Below are positions 7,384 to 15,809 of a stretch of 64,000 nucleotides of DNA, in pieces. Position numbers and translations under genes: made by a program. Every line of letters begins with the position of its first letter. Position 1 is the stretch's first letter. Origin of the DNA: a virus; the IMG/VR virus record IMGVR_UViG_3300010413_000018, positions 1-64,000 of that record; one strand, written 5' to 3'. The notes under the pieces are model-generated. The model was not told where the DNA came from. It did not search any database and was given only the letters and a program-made list of their open reading frames with translations.

Positions 7384-7585
7384 ATAATAAATCTATTTTC
7401 ATTTGGCTAACATCATCGATAGCCGGTGGAACGTCGGGCGTGTTCGCACACAATAGCGCGTAACCGATCATTATTATTTCCGGTATTGGCTTTCCGTGGC
7501 ACAGCCCACAGCCTTTCCACGCTGGAGTTTCTGGGCTTAAAATATGACACCCACAACGCGGGCATGTTAACGACGGATCGCTCAT
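7367..7585 (-). CDS. Small Zn-finger paralog
   Basis: CPRC..CGLC..IPEIIMIGYAL. Confidence 0.8.
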   Translation of the reverse strand: MSDPSLTCPRCGCHILSPETPAWKGCGLCHGKPIPEIIMIGYALLCANTPDVPPAIDDVSQMKIDLLYDKKS

Positions 7586-7770
7586 GAAGCCATCAGCTGA
7601 CGGTTAAACTCCACCGTTATTGGACCGCTGAACACTTCCCCACCGTCAGCATCGGTGCACACCATGTAGTCTTCCTCCGACACTGGGGCGATCTTCAGCT
7701 TTTCACCGTCAAACTCAATACGTACAAGGCGTCCGTCTTTTAGTTCGAGCGTTATTTTCGTCTCTTTCAT
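7582..7770 (-). CDS. Hypothetical protein
   Basis: ORF with AGGAG RBS, coupled to next gene. Confidence 0.65.
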   Translation of the reverse strand: MKETKITLELKDGRLVRIEFDGEKLKIAPVSEEDYMVCTDADGGEVFSGPITVEFNRQLMAS

Positions 7771-7829
7771 TTGGTACTCCTATGTAAAATTGCTACTATT
7801 TAGTTAATGCTCGGACGTTGGAGATTTGA

Positions 7830-8003
7830 ATGAAAAAAGTGATTTTCCTTTTGTTGGTCGCGGTTTCTTTACTAGGTAGCTGCTTGCTAATTGACTCAGA
7901 TATTGACGTCGACAGCGACATCACCATCAATAACGATCTTCCACCCAATAAACTAAATGTTGCTTTTGACGACGACGCTGGAGTAGATCCCGATCTGTTT
8001 TAG
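7830..8003 (+). CDS. Small acidic lipoprotein (57 aa)
   Basis: Hand translation MKKVIFLLLVAVSLLGSC-LLIDSDIDVDSD...; lipobox LGSC, GGAG RBS at 7820; below ORF-track cutoff. Confidence 0.65.
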   Translation: MKKVIFLLLVAVSLLGSCLLIDSDIDVDSDITINNDLPPNKLNVAFDDDAGVDPDLF

Positions 8004-8250
8004 TGTAACCAGGCAACGGAATTCCCATTTCTTCCATAAACGCTTGCAAGTCCGGGCCAGTAGGTGCGCTCGCCCCAAGCTTTAGTGCAAACGCGGTCAC
8101 TACTGTTTGATCCAACTTTTTAGATCCACGGCACAACGGACACATATCACCTTTAAAAATACTTTTAGGGAATATGCGATAGTGGCCATCCGCTGTTGCC
8201 ATCAGTACAACTTCCCCTTTCCCACCACATAATGGACATTTTTCCATCAT
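7927..8250 (-). CDS. Small Zn-finger paralog
   Basis: CPLC..CPLC..LDQTVVTAFAL. Confidence 0.8.
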   Translation of the reverse strand: MMEKCPLCGGKGEVVLMATADGHYRIFPKSIFKGDMCPLCRGSKKLDQTVVTAFALKLGASAPTGPDLQAFMEEMGIPLPGYTKTDRDLLQRRRQKQHLVYWVEDRY

Positions 8251-8396
8251 TTCTTTTTAGCTCCAAAGCGCTTAGCGATTCGTGTGAATTCGGTGTAATT
8301 CGGCAGCTTATCAACCGTGTCTACCAATATCAGGTAAGCGGCATGCAGAGCAGGCGTTACTTTTGATTTACCATTACAAATTGGACATGGCACCAA
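8247..8396 (-). CDS. Truncated Zn-finger paralog (single CxxC)
   Basis: Hand translation LVPCPICNGKSKVTPALHAAYLILVD... Confidence 0.55.
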   Translation of the reverse strand: MVPCPICNGKSKVTPALHAAYLILVDTVDKLPNYTEFTRIAKRFGAKKK

Positions 8397-8400
8397 CTCA

Positions 8401-8586
8401 TTATTTAAACATACTGACAAGTTCTCTAACCTGAGTTCCCGGTATTAAAGTTTTACGCTCATCTTCTAATAAAATGTACGCTGTACGCAATTCTTCAGAA
8501 ATCGGCTTACCTTTACATAATGCACACAACGCGTCTCTTCTCGGTGCGTAGCAGCCACAGCGCGGGCACGGTTTTTCATTCGCCAT
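8401..8586 (-). CDS. Small Zn-finger paralog
   Basis: CPRC..CALC..ISEELRTAYIL. Confidence 0.8.
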   Translation of the reverse strand: MANEKPCPRCGCYAPRRDALCALCKGKPISEELRTAYILLEDERKTLIPGTQVRELVSMFK

Positions 8587-8890
8587 TATACTCGTCTTCT
8601 CCTACGTCAATGCGTAGTTGCTGTAAGTTAAAAAACAAGTCTGAGTACCTACGCCACCTTAGATCTCTATCAATCTGATCGACGACCAACAAATAAGCCG
8701 CGTTGAGTTCTTTGGATATCGCTTTGCCGTGGCATAACAAGCAACCCACCTCAATCTTACCGCATGTAGGGCACCCGCCGTACTTTAATAATTGCAGTTG
8801 CGGCTTAATAGGCAAACCGTGACAAAACGGGCACTCATTGATCAATACTTTATAAATAGTTTTACAATATGGACATCGAATAACGCGCAT
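8576..8890 (-). CDS. Double Zn-finger paralog
   Basis: CPYC..CPFC..CPTC..CLLC..ISKELNAAYLL. Confidence 0.8.
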   Translation of the reverse strand: MRVIRCPYCKTIYKVLINECPFCHGLPIKPQLQLLKYGGCPTCGKIEVGCLLCHGKAISKELNAAYLLVVDQIDRDLRWRRYSDLFFNLQQLRIDVGEDEYNGE

Positions 8891-9207
8891 TATTGAGTTG
8901 ATAAGTTTCTATTTCCTAGTTGTGCCAGCTCAAAGCGCTCTTTCCACTCTTCAAGCGAAATGAACGTTTCGCCATGAGTATCGTCCCATACGATCCACCC
9001 ACCGGCCATGTCTGACAGCCACTTCAAGGCTTCTAAGTCGCGCTCAGAAATCTGTCCTTGTCCGTAGTGAAACGGTGCCTCACGCAACATGGCGTACCAC
9101 AACGTGTACTCTAATCCCATCATCCATCCGGCGCAGTAGCACCGTTCGGAGATCTCACTCATGTACTTTGCTAATACAAACGCTTGAATGCTAAGTATAG
9201 GATGCAT
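8890..9207 (-). CDS. Hypothetical protein
   Basis: ORF with AAGGA RBS; YMSEISERCYCAGW segment. Confidence 0.7.
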   Translation of the reverse strand: MHPILSIQAFVLAKYMSEISERCYCAGWMMGLEYTLWYAMLREAPFHYGQGQISERDLEALKWLSDMAGGWIVWDDTHGETFISLEEWKERFELAQLGNRNLSTQ

Positions 9208-9244
9208 GGTATTTCCTTTCTTATTAAGTTAATGCCGTTCCAAA

Positions 9245-9469
9245 TTATTTTTGTACCTTATCTTGCGCTTTCAGCATTAAAATTAGGTCACGCGTCTCAA
9301 TGCCAGTCGGATGCGTATTCCCGTGCATAATCAAAAGGTACGCAGTTACGTAATACTCAGGAACCGGCACTCCACCGCACAATTGACACCAGGACGTGCC
9401 ATCAGCGCGTCTAATACCGCGCCCACGGCAACGCGGGCAGTTATAAGGCTCTAGTGTCGGTGTGCCCAT
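9245..9469 (-). CDS. Small Zn-finger paralog
   Basis: CPRC..CQLC..VPEYYVTAYLL. Confidence 0.8.
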   Translation of the reverse strand: MGTPTLEPYNCPRCRGRGIRRADGTSWCQLCGGVPVPEYYVTAYLLIMHGNTHPTGIETRDLILMLKAQDKVQK

Positions 9470-9656
9470 AGCGCTTTCTTAACTCTTCAATATGCTTAAC
9501 TTCGTTACACTCTAAGGCGCGCCCCCAGTAATCCGGGAATCCGTATAAACGATAAGCAGCAGCCAATTCAGTTGGAACGTAGCGCACTCCTGCGCACAGA
9601 TAACACGATCCTAAATACGTTCGACCGCAGTTACATCTAGGGCACCTTACATCCAT
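9441..9656 (-). CDS. Small Zn-finger paralog
   Basis: CPRC..CYLC..VPTELAAAYRL. Confidence 0.8.
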   Translation of the reverse strand: MDVRCPRCNCGRTYLGSCYLCAGVRYVPTELAAAYRLYGFPDYWGRALECNEVKHIEELRKRYGHTDTRAL

Positions 9657-9702
9657 ATTAGGTGAATGGGCGACTGTAAAAGTTTTTGTAAACTTACGGC
9701 GC

Positions 9703-9909
9703 CTACCCAGTCGCGACGAGCTTCAGCGGCTCTTCCTGCTCTTCCGGGATGGGTTCCTTCTCCGGATCCGGATCAAAGTCATCGTCAAAGTTATCATCAT
9801 CCGAATCAAATTCCGCACAAATAGAGGCGCCGTCCGGTAAATGCACGGTTAAAACAGTCGGATGCAACGTACGAAAAAGCTTTATCAGTTCACGTAGTTC
9901 TTTCCGCAT
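9703..9909 (-). CDS. Small acidic hypothetical protein
   Basis: D/E-rich C-terminal half. Confidence 0.55.
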   Translation of the reverse strand: MRKELRELIKLFRTLHPTVLTVHLPDGASICAEFDSDDDNFDDDFDPDPEKEPIPEEQEEPLKLVATG

Positions 9910-9991
9910 ACAAGTATTGTGCCAGCTCGTATATTAATGATCAAGTTACTGGTTATTTTGATGTAAGTTACTGTAAGCATAATTATTTTAT

Positions 9992-10044
9992 TTGCAACGT
10001 TACTTTTTATTTGCAAACGTAACAAAATGAAGTATGCTTTAAAT
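9992..10044 (+). promoter_or_regulatory. Repeated early promoter module (TTGCAACGTTACTTTTTATTTGCA...TATGCT)
   Basis: Copy 1 of a 24-bp motif seen at least 9 times upstream of genes. Confidence 0.8.
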
Positions 10045-10368
10045 ATGGACAGCAACAAAGGAAATAAGATGGGAAACAGCGAAAAAACAACAATCAACAC
10101 CGTTTACTACACCGCTTACGCGTTTGCATCAACCCTAATCGCCGCCGTCGACGACAGAGACGCTGACTGGGATCTGGTTGACCAGACCGCAAAAGACACC
10201 GTAGCCGCGTGTGAAGAAGTTGTTCCTAGCCCAGCCCTTAGCCGCGCGCTCGACTACGCGGAAGCGATCGTGAACCGCGAAGCCAAAGCCACCTACGAAG
10301 CCATCAAAAACGTAGCCGGCCTTGACGACGCGCTTATGAGCGAGCTGTCCACCCTACTCTGCAACTAA
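10045..10368 (+). CDS. Hypothetical early protein
   Basis: ORF directly after promoter module. Confidence 0.7.
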   Translation: MDSNKGNKMGNSEKTTINTVYYTAYAFASTLIAAVDDRDADWDLVDQTAKDTVAACEEVVPSPALSRALDYAEAIVNREAKATYEAIKNVAGLDDALMSELSTLLCN

Positions 10369-10381
10369 TAAAGGCTCAAAC

Positions 10382-10750
10382 ATGGACGAAAACACCAGAA
10401 ACAAAGTCGCGAAACTGCCTGTGTGGGCGCGCAACCTAATAAACCAGCTTGAAGTGGAAGTCGCTTGCTACCAGCACGAGATCGAAACCTTGAAGCAAGT
10501 AAAAACGTCGCGGATCTACTACGGTTTTGAAGCATCACAGCGTGGCATGATGCCGATCCCCGACGACGGTCCAGTCACCTTCATGATGGGTCAGCTAAAG
10601 CCAGAAAACGAGTTTTCGCGAATACGTATCAGCTACGATCGCGACGCGCTTGAACCGGACAAATGGCTGACTGTAAGCAGTGACCTCGGCGCCCTTCTGG
10701 TAAAGCCGTGGGCCAGCAACATGATCAAGATCAAGATCGAAGATCGGTAA
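10382..10750 (+). CDS. Hypothetical phage protein
   Basis: ORF, KLPVWARNLINQLE N-terminus. Confidence 0.7.
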   Translation: MDENTRNKVAKLPVWARNLINQLEVEVACYQHEIETLKQVKTSRIYYGFEASQRGMMPIPDDGPVTFMMGQLKPENEFSRIRISYDRDALEPDKWLTVSSDLGALLVKPWASNMIKIKIEDR

Positions 10751-11014
10751 ATGCCAAAGCAAGAAATGGTGATGTGCCCGCGATGCTACTTTTTTTGCGT
10801 GGCACCACCACGCCAAGGGGAAGAGTGTCATACTCAATGCGCGCTATGCGGTAATAAAAAGCAAGTTCCAGAAGATCTTGCTACCGCATACGCGCTAGTT
10901 GAAGACCACCTTCACGGCCACCCTACCACCAACGAAACGATCCGGCTAAAAAACGATTACTGGGGATGTGAATGGCGCCTAGAAATTGAACAGTCTAAAA
11001 ATCATCCCAAATAG
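10751..11014 (+). CDS. Small Zn-finger paralog
   Basis: CPRC..CALC..VPEDLATAYAL. Confidence 0.8.
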   Translation: MPKQEMVMCPRCYFFCVAPPRQGEECHTQCALCGNKKQVPEDLATAYALVEDHLHGHPTTNETIRLKNDYWGCEWRLEIEQSKNHPK

Positions 11015-11297
11015 ACTTATTTTTAACTAATCGGTACCACTTCGGTAAATCACGCGATAACCGTGCGGTTTCTTTATTGTTTTTCTCTCCGCTGTAAGTT
11101 TGGCGAACTTTCCGAGCTACGTCTTCATTCTTAAAACCTGACTTATCGTCACTGTCGTATAATAACCGATACGCGGTACTCATTTCTTCCGTAACCGATC
11201 GCGCTCCTTCGCATAACCGGCAGCCGTTAGGTCGGCGCCATGGGCTACCATGACACATCGGGCACGCTACGTTTTCTTTCTTACGCTTGGGCATCAT
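10995..11297 (-). CDS. Small Zn-finger paralog
   Basis: CPMC..CRLC..VTEEMSTAYRL. Confidence 0.8.
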   Translation of the reverse strand: MMPKRKKENVACPMCHGSPWRRPNGCRLCEGARSVTEEMSTAYRLLYDSDDKSGFKNEDVARKVRQTYSGEKNNKETARLSRDLPKWYRLVKNKSIWDDF

Positions 11298-11514
11298 AAT
11301 CCTTTCTCAAGCTTAGTGCAGTTTCTCGCGAAACTGATTCTCCAACGTTCGAAATAAGCGCGTAAGCGGTTGCTAGATCTGAATTGACACTATTTGTCCC
11401 GTAGCATAAAACGCAGTCAGTAAACCCAAAATATCCGCCGTCAACGTCTACGCCACCACAGCGCGGACATTCCACCTTACTTAGATCGCCGTCGATTTTT
11501 CTGTCGCTGGGCAC
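11281..11514 (-). CDS. Small Zn-finger paralog
   Basis: CPRC..CVLC..VNSDLATAYAL. Confidence 0.8.
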   Translation of the reverse strand: MPSDRKIDGDLSKVECPRCGGVDVDGGYFGFTDCVLCYGTNSVNSDLATAYALISNVGESVSRETALSLRKDYDAQA

Positions 11515-11716
11515 TAAAGTCCTTTTTCAACTGATAAATCTCGTTTGAAGATGGCGCCGTACCGTCTTCATGCTTCAAAAGTAAATACGCGGTTTCCAAG
11601 TTTTTTGAAACGTAGCCGCGCGTCCCACACAAAAAACACACGCACGTCTCGTTCCACGCGTTTTTCATACCGGCCGTACCGCCACAATGCGGGCAGTCTT
11701 TATGCTTCTTAGTCAT
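11477..11716 (-). CDS. Small Zn-finger paralog
   Basis: CPHC..CFLC..VSKNLETAYLL. Confidence 0.8.
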   Translation of the reverse strand: MTKKHKDCPHCGGTAGMKNAWNETCVCFLCGTRGYVSKNLETAYLLLKHEDGTAPSSNEIYQLKKDFSAQRQKNRRRSK

Positions 11717-11903
11717 AGCCTAAGTCTACCCTTACTTTTATTGTTTCTTCGATCGTTAACCAGCCACCGGTTGAAGCGTCAACTGTAAGCTTGTAAGCGG
11801 CAGCCAAATCTTCGGACACACGCCGCGTATTGGCGCACAACGAACACGGAACGCCGATCCCGTCGCAGCGCGGACACACTTCACTGTGGTCGTTGTTTAT
11901 CAT
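11709..11903 (-). CDS. Small Zn-finger paralog
   Basis: CPRC..CSLC..VSEDLAAAYKL. Confidence 0.8.
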   Translation of the reverse strand: MINNDHSEVCPRCDGIGVPCSLCANTRRVSEDLAAAYKLTVDASTGGWLTIEETIKVRVDLGYD

Positions 11904-12159
11904 ACCCAAACAACCTGCGTAGCTCGCGCACTTCCCGCGCTTCCGGATGGGCCTCATCCTCTCCGATCAATAAAATATACGCTGTCTTCAGCTTTTCAGA
12001 GATCGGCTTACCCTCACACAGTGAACATTTACGGTACTGCCAGCCTTTTGGCCGCCACCCTTTCTCCGGACAGCGCGGGCACCCGTTTCTAATCCTTCCT
12101 TTGTTAACGCGTGGGGGGCGCCGTACGCGCCCCAAACCCCAGCCTCTAAGTCTTCGCAT
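11881..12159 (-). CDS. Small Zn-finger paralog
   Basis: CPRC..CSLC..ISEKLKTAYIL. Confidence 0.8.
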   Translation of the reverse strand: MRRLRGWGLGRVRRPPRVNKGRIRNGCPRCPEKGWRPKGWQYRKCSLCEGKPISEKLKTAYILLIGEDEAHPEAREVRELRRLFGYDKQRPQ

Positions 12160-12162
12160 GAT

Positions 12163-12495
12163 TTACCCGATCATCAACTCCGCGTAGTCCTCCAGCTCGC
12201 TAAGAACCTCCAAATAACCGGAAGAATGTCCTTCTTCCCACGCACGGTCAGCGGCTTTACGGCCGTTCTTGTGGTTTTCCAACCCACACGCGCGAATCGC
12301 TTCACATATGAACAACTCTTCAAGTCGCCTACTTTCCGCGCGGTACGCTCTATTCTTCTCCAAATACGCGTCACGAATATCTTTACGTTTCGCAGATTGC
12401 CGATCTGGCGCTTCCGGAAATGAAAGCTTGTTTTCAAACTCGCCGGCTTGAATACGCTCTTCTAACGCCTCTATTTTAACTCTATCTAGTGCCAT
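12163..12495 (-). CDS. Hypothetical protein (AWEEGHSSGY motif)
   Basis: AAGGAG RBS; downstream of a promoter module. Confidence 0.7.
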   Translation of the reverse strand: MALDRVKIEALEERIQAGEFENKLSFPEAPDRQSAKRKDIRDAYLEKNRAYRAESRRLEELFICEAIRACGLENHKNGRKAADRAWEEGHSSGYLEVLSELEDYAELMIG

Positions 12496-12557
12496 TGTTT
12501 TCTCCTTATTGTTTGCAGTTACCACAAAATAAATCGGCTTTTCGCCTCACAGGTTTT

Positions 12558-12604
12558 AGTATAACTCATTTTGTTATGGTTGCAAATAAAAAGTAACGTT
12601 GCAA
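12558..12604 (-). promoter_or_regulatory. Early promoter module copy
   Basis: TGCAAATAAAAAGTAACGTTGCAA at 12581-12604; TATACT -10 on minus strand. Confidence 0.8.
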
Positions 12605-12607
12605 ACT

Positions 12608-13132
12608 TTATTCTTCTGCGTACACCCTTTTCCAACTTTCAATAAACGCCACGATCGCCTTGGCGCCTTCCGGGTTCATTGATATTACAGTATACTCAAA
12701 CGTAGGTGTAAAGTTGGATAGGTGCAGCCACCGTAAAAACTCCATCACCGTGCTGTTCTCGCCTAAGTCGTGATCAAGGTACATATGATCCGGTAAGCCG
12801 TACCTCTGCACGTGAAACTTAGCTAATTCCACACAGTTAGCCCAAATCACTAGCGCGTCCCTCGGTATGTCATGGTCTCGATCCTTTCCGGGATTGCGCA
12901 CGTCATCCAACCACAAAATGTAGCGGATCGGTTGATCCAATAAAACACTTTTTAATTCACGTGCTGACTGCCCGTCTAACCCGTAACAATTATCTGCCTT
13001 CTCTAGAGCGTACGCTGCAGCTAAAAACTCCGGCACTTCACCGGTATCCTCGCAAAAAAAGCATCGCCGTTGACTAAAAAGTGCCTTCGCCATGTAACAG
13101 TGTGGACATTTAGCATACCCTGGTTTCATCAC
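12608..13132 (-). CDS. Zn-finger paralog fused to a cyclic-phosphate-processing receiver-like domain
   Basis: CPHC..CFFC..AAAYAL followed by ILWLDDVRNP...YLDHDLG...SMNPEGA. Confidence 0.7.
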   Translation of the reverse strand: MMKPGYAKCPHCYMAKALFSQRRCFFCEDTGEVPEFLAAAYALEKADNCYGLDGQSARELKSVLLDQPIRYILWLDDVRNPGKDRDHDIPRDALVIWANCVELAKFHVQRYGLPDHMYLDHDLGENSTVMEFLRWLHLSNFTPTFEYTVISMNPEGAKAIVAFIESWKRVYAEE

Positions 13133-13332
13133 TTTTCTCCGTACTGAGTGCGTAAATTATCAATAAGCTCAATTATTTGTAAACTCGTGCGCGCTGTATC
13201 AATCATCAAAATGTAAGCCGCGCGCGTACAAGGTTGTACTTTATGCTTACCTTTACATAGCAAGCAATTTTTGAACTTAATCAGCTCACAACGCGGGCAG
13301 TCTACTAGCTGTGTTTTCTTCTTCCAGTGCAT
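13129..13332 (-). CDS. Small Zn-finger paralog
   Basis: CPRC..CLLC..VQPCTRAAYIL. Confidence 0.8.
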   Translation of the reverse strand: MHWKKKTQLVDCPRCELIKFKNCLLCKGKHKVQPCTRAAYILMIDTARTSLQIIELIDNLRTQYGEK

Positions 13333-13376
13333 TAATGGTTAATACCCGCGCCACAACTTTTTGTAAATATTTTTGT

Positions 13377-13429
13377 TTGCAACGTTACTTTTTATTTGCA
13401 CTAACCCTAAAATGAAGTATGCTTTAAGT
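13377..13429 (+). promoter_or_regulatory. Early promoter module copy
   Basis: Exact 24-bp motif + AAAATGAAGTATGCTTTAA. Confidence 0.8.
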
Positions 13430-13645
13430 ATGGACAAACGCTACAGAAAAATCAGTCAAAAAGAACGACAGGCAATGATTGACGACAGAAAAGTACAACT
13501 TCGCTCATTATGCAACGAAGTAGGATCTTGTGCTAACGAAGAACGCAGAATTTTACAAGCGGACATCAAGCGGTTAGAAAACCGCAGCCGTAAAGTTGTT
13601 TTTGACACATACGAAAGAACTGTCTGTTACGCCAGTTCAAAGTAA
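13430..13645 (+). CDS. Hypothetical early protein
   Basis: ATG directly after promoter. Confidence 0.65.
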   Translation: MDKRYRKISQKERQAMIDDRKVQLRSLCNEVGSCANEERRILQADIKRLENRSRKVVFDTYERTVCYASSK

Positions 13646-13670
13646 AACCCTAACCCTTTCGGAGGTTTTC

Positions 13671-13943
13671 ATGAAAGTTTCTCTTACCGCGATCGCTACC
13701 CTAACCGCTTCCCCTAACAACACCGAGCTACGCGGCCAACGCGCTAGCCGCACGGTTGTTTTCGGCGAATTTTCGCGCTATTGCTTGTTCGCCGTGCATG
13801 TGCGCGAAGGTAACCGCGTTATGTGGATGGTCGAAGACGCCGAGACCGTAGATCCGGAAACCGGCCTATCGGAAGTTATTCGCCAGGCTTGGACTCCGCT
13901 TGAGGCAGTAAAAGGCCTGGAAGCTGAATTCGCAACGACGTAG
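13671..13943 (+). CDS. Hypothetical protein
   Basis: GGAGG RBS before ATG at 13671. Confidence 0.7.
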   Translation: MKVSLTAIATLTASPNNTELRGQRASRTVVFGEFSRYCLFAVHVREGNRVMWMVEDAETVDPETGLSEVIRQAWTPLEAVKGLEAEFATT

Positions 13944-13965
13944 TTTGCACGTTTCCCAAAAGTTT

Positions 13966-13993
13966 AGGCGGCTCCTGGCCGCCTTTATTTTTT
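13966..13993 (+). terminator. Rho-independent terminator
   Basis: AGGCGGC-TCCTG-GCCGCCT stem followed by T-rich tract. Confidence 0.75.
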
Positions 13994-14008
13994 AATAAAA
14001 AAAGTTGT

Positions 14009-14061
14009 TTGCAACGTTACTTTTTATTTGCATATCCCACAAAATGAAGTATGCTTTAAAT
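14009..14061 (+). promoter_or_regulatory. Early promoter module copy
   Basis: Exact 24-bp motif + AAAATGAAGTATGCTTTAAAT. Confidence 0.8.
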
Positions 14062-14343
14062 ATGGACAAAAACACAAATAAAACCTACACCGTAGAAGTT
14101 TTTCGAAGCACTAACCGCATCAGCATCGTAACCGGTACGGTAGCGGAGCTGACCCGTCATTTTATGTACACGCTGCAAGCTGGAGCTTCCTACCAGCACG
14201 AGCGCGGCAACAAAAAGATCAACCTAGCGCCGAAGAACATAACCGCGCTTTTGGCAAACCTGAATAAAGCCAGCGCTAACGTTTCTTGCAACGGTAGCCG
14301 AAACAAAACCTACGCACTTTCCCAGTTTGACGAGCAAAATTAG
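14062..14343 (+). CDS. Hypothetical early protein
   Basis: ORF after promoter. Confidence 0.7.
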   Translation: MDKNTNKTYTVEVFRSTNRISIVTGTVAELTRHFMYTLQAGASYQHERGNKKINLAPKNITALLANLNKASANVSCNGSRNKTYALSQFDEQN

Positions 14344-14352
14344 AGGCAACCA

Positions 14353-14628
14353 ATGAACAGCACACAAAAACATACAGTTCAAACGATAAACGACCTCCTA
14401 GTTCAAAACGGTGTTGACGCGCTAATTAAAGTAACGACCGGTAAGTGGCGCGCTTCTTGCACCAACTCCGCTGCTAAAAAGCAAACATACCTTAGCGGCC
14501 AGTGGGTGGCGTCTCACCGACGATCGCGCGGTACCGTTGAAGCGCTCCGGAACGCAGTAGTAGCGTCCGGCTTTTCAGTAGTTGATACTTGGGCCGACGA
14601 TTACAATGTCGGTGTCGTTTTTAATTAG
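14353..14628 (+). CDS. Hypothetical protein
   Basis: GAGG RBS. Confidence 0.65.
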   Translation: MNSTQKHTVQTINDLLVQNGVDALIKVTTGKWRASCTNSAAKKQTYLSGQWVASHRRSRGTVEALRNAVVASGFSVVDTWADDYNVGVVFN

Positions 14629-14637
14629 ATATTTTAT

Positions 14638-14691
14638 TTGCAACGTTACTTTTTATTTGCACGTACCACAAAAGCGTGGTATACTTAAAGC
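14638..14691 (+). promoter_or_regulatory. Early promoter module copy
   Basis: Exact 24-bp motif, extended -10 TGGTATACT. Confidence 0.8.
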
Positions 14692-15228
14692 ATGGACAAT
14701 AACACTGCAACAAGGGGTAAAATAATGTTACGAAAAGAAAGAAATCAAGAGTGCGCGCGAAATTGGCTTCAAACCAGCAAAAATACACTAATGAATCTTC
14801 TGGAAGGTGAAATGCGATCCGCACTATCAGCCGAAGCGATCGACCATATTGGGCGCGCCGTTCTCGAAATAAGCGACGCTCAGCGCGCGGTACGTAAAGC
14901 CAGCCAACCCGTAAAAAAAGAAAAAGCGCCGGAAGCGATCAAGTTCACCGACGTGATGAGCGTGTACTCCGGTAAAGCCGGGCACTGTTGCTGTGGTTGT
15001 TCCGGAAAGCACACTTACCGCTCCGAAACGCGGGAGCAAGCCGGTAAAAATCGTGGCTACGCCATAGGTGACGACGAGGTCAACGACAGCTCTGTAAAGC
15101 GTATTTTGAGCACCATGAATCAACTAATCGCCAGTAACAAACCGTGCGAAATTGATATGCCGTCCGACTGGGGGCACATAGCTATAACGTTCGGCTCGCG
15201 GCTTTACGTCGCCTACCTAAGAAAGTAA
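14692..15228 (+). CDS. Hypothetical protein with Cys cluster (HCCCGCSG)
   Basis: ORF after promoter. Confidence 0.7.
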   Translation: MDNNTATRGKIMLRKERNQECARNWLQTSKNTLMNLLEGEMRSALSAEAIDHIGRAVLEISDAQRAVRKASQPVKKEKAPEAIKFTDVMSVYSGKAGHCCCGCSGKHTYRSETREQAGKNRGYAIGDDEVNDSSVKRILSTMNQLIASNKPCEIDMPSDWGHIAITFGSRLYVAYLRK

Positions 15229-15237
15229 CCTAACCTG

Positions 15238-15603
15238 ATGAACTCAGCTAAGAAACGCCTTGTAGAATATTTAATCCAGGCCGGATCCGTTTACGTCCAT
15301 CTGCTCACCCGAGCGGATGGCGTTTACGTTCCAGAGCACCTTAAAGCGACTCCCACTACCGCGTTACAGATCGGCTACAACTTTCCCGTGCCGATCCCGG
15401 ATCTAAAAATCGACGATACCGGTATAACCGCCACATTGTCGTTCAGTCGTACGCCGTACCTGTGCTTTGTACCGTGGGACGCAGTCTTCGCGATCACTAA
15501 CGAGGCCGGCCAAGGCGCACAATGGCCTATCGACGGCGAGCTGCTGCTTGAGCCGGAAGATAAACCCGAGGAACGGCGCCCCAAGCTTAGGTTGGTAAAA
15601 TGA
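15238..15603 (+). CDS. sspB: SspB-like ClpXP adaptor
   Basis: GVYVPEHL, IPDLKIDDTGITATLSFS, FVPWDAVFAI, C-terminal RPKLRLVK ClpX-binding-type tail. Confidence 0.85.
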   Translation: MNSAKKRLVEYLIQAGSVYVHLLTRADGVYVPEHLKATPTTALQIGYNFPVPIPDLKIDDTGITATLSFSRTPYLCFVPWDAVFAITNEAGQGAQWPIDGELLLEPEDKPEERRPKLRLVK

Positions 15604-15809
15604 GTCAAGAAACAAAACAAACAATGGCGTGCCCGCGCTGTACTGGCGTGGGTGCGTTTATACCTTGGCATAGTTGTGCACTTTGTCACAACCGTAAAGC
15701 AGTTCCAGTAGAGGTAGGTACCGCGTACAATTTGTTGCGCGACGACGGCGAACCCCACCTATCACAAGTTCGAACTGATTGGCTTTTAAGGCAATTTAAA
15801 AATGAGTGA
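15600..15809 (+). CDS. Small Zn-finger paralog
   Basis: CPRC..CALC..VPVEVGTAYNL. Confidence 0.8.
   Translation: MSQETKQTMACPRCTGVGAFIPWHSCALCHNRKAVPVEVGTAYNLLRDDGEPHLSQVRTDWLLRQFKNE

Noticed and set aside
13373-14061. Apparent shared N-termini MFATLLFIC / MKYALNM / QIKSNVANK in several ORFs
   Set aside because: Translations of the repeated promoter motif, not a protein domain; real starts are downstream
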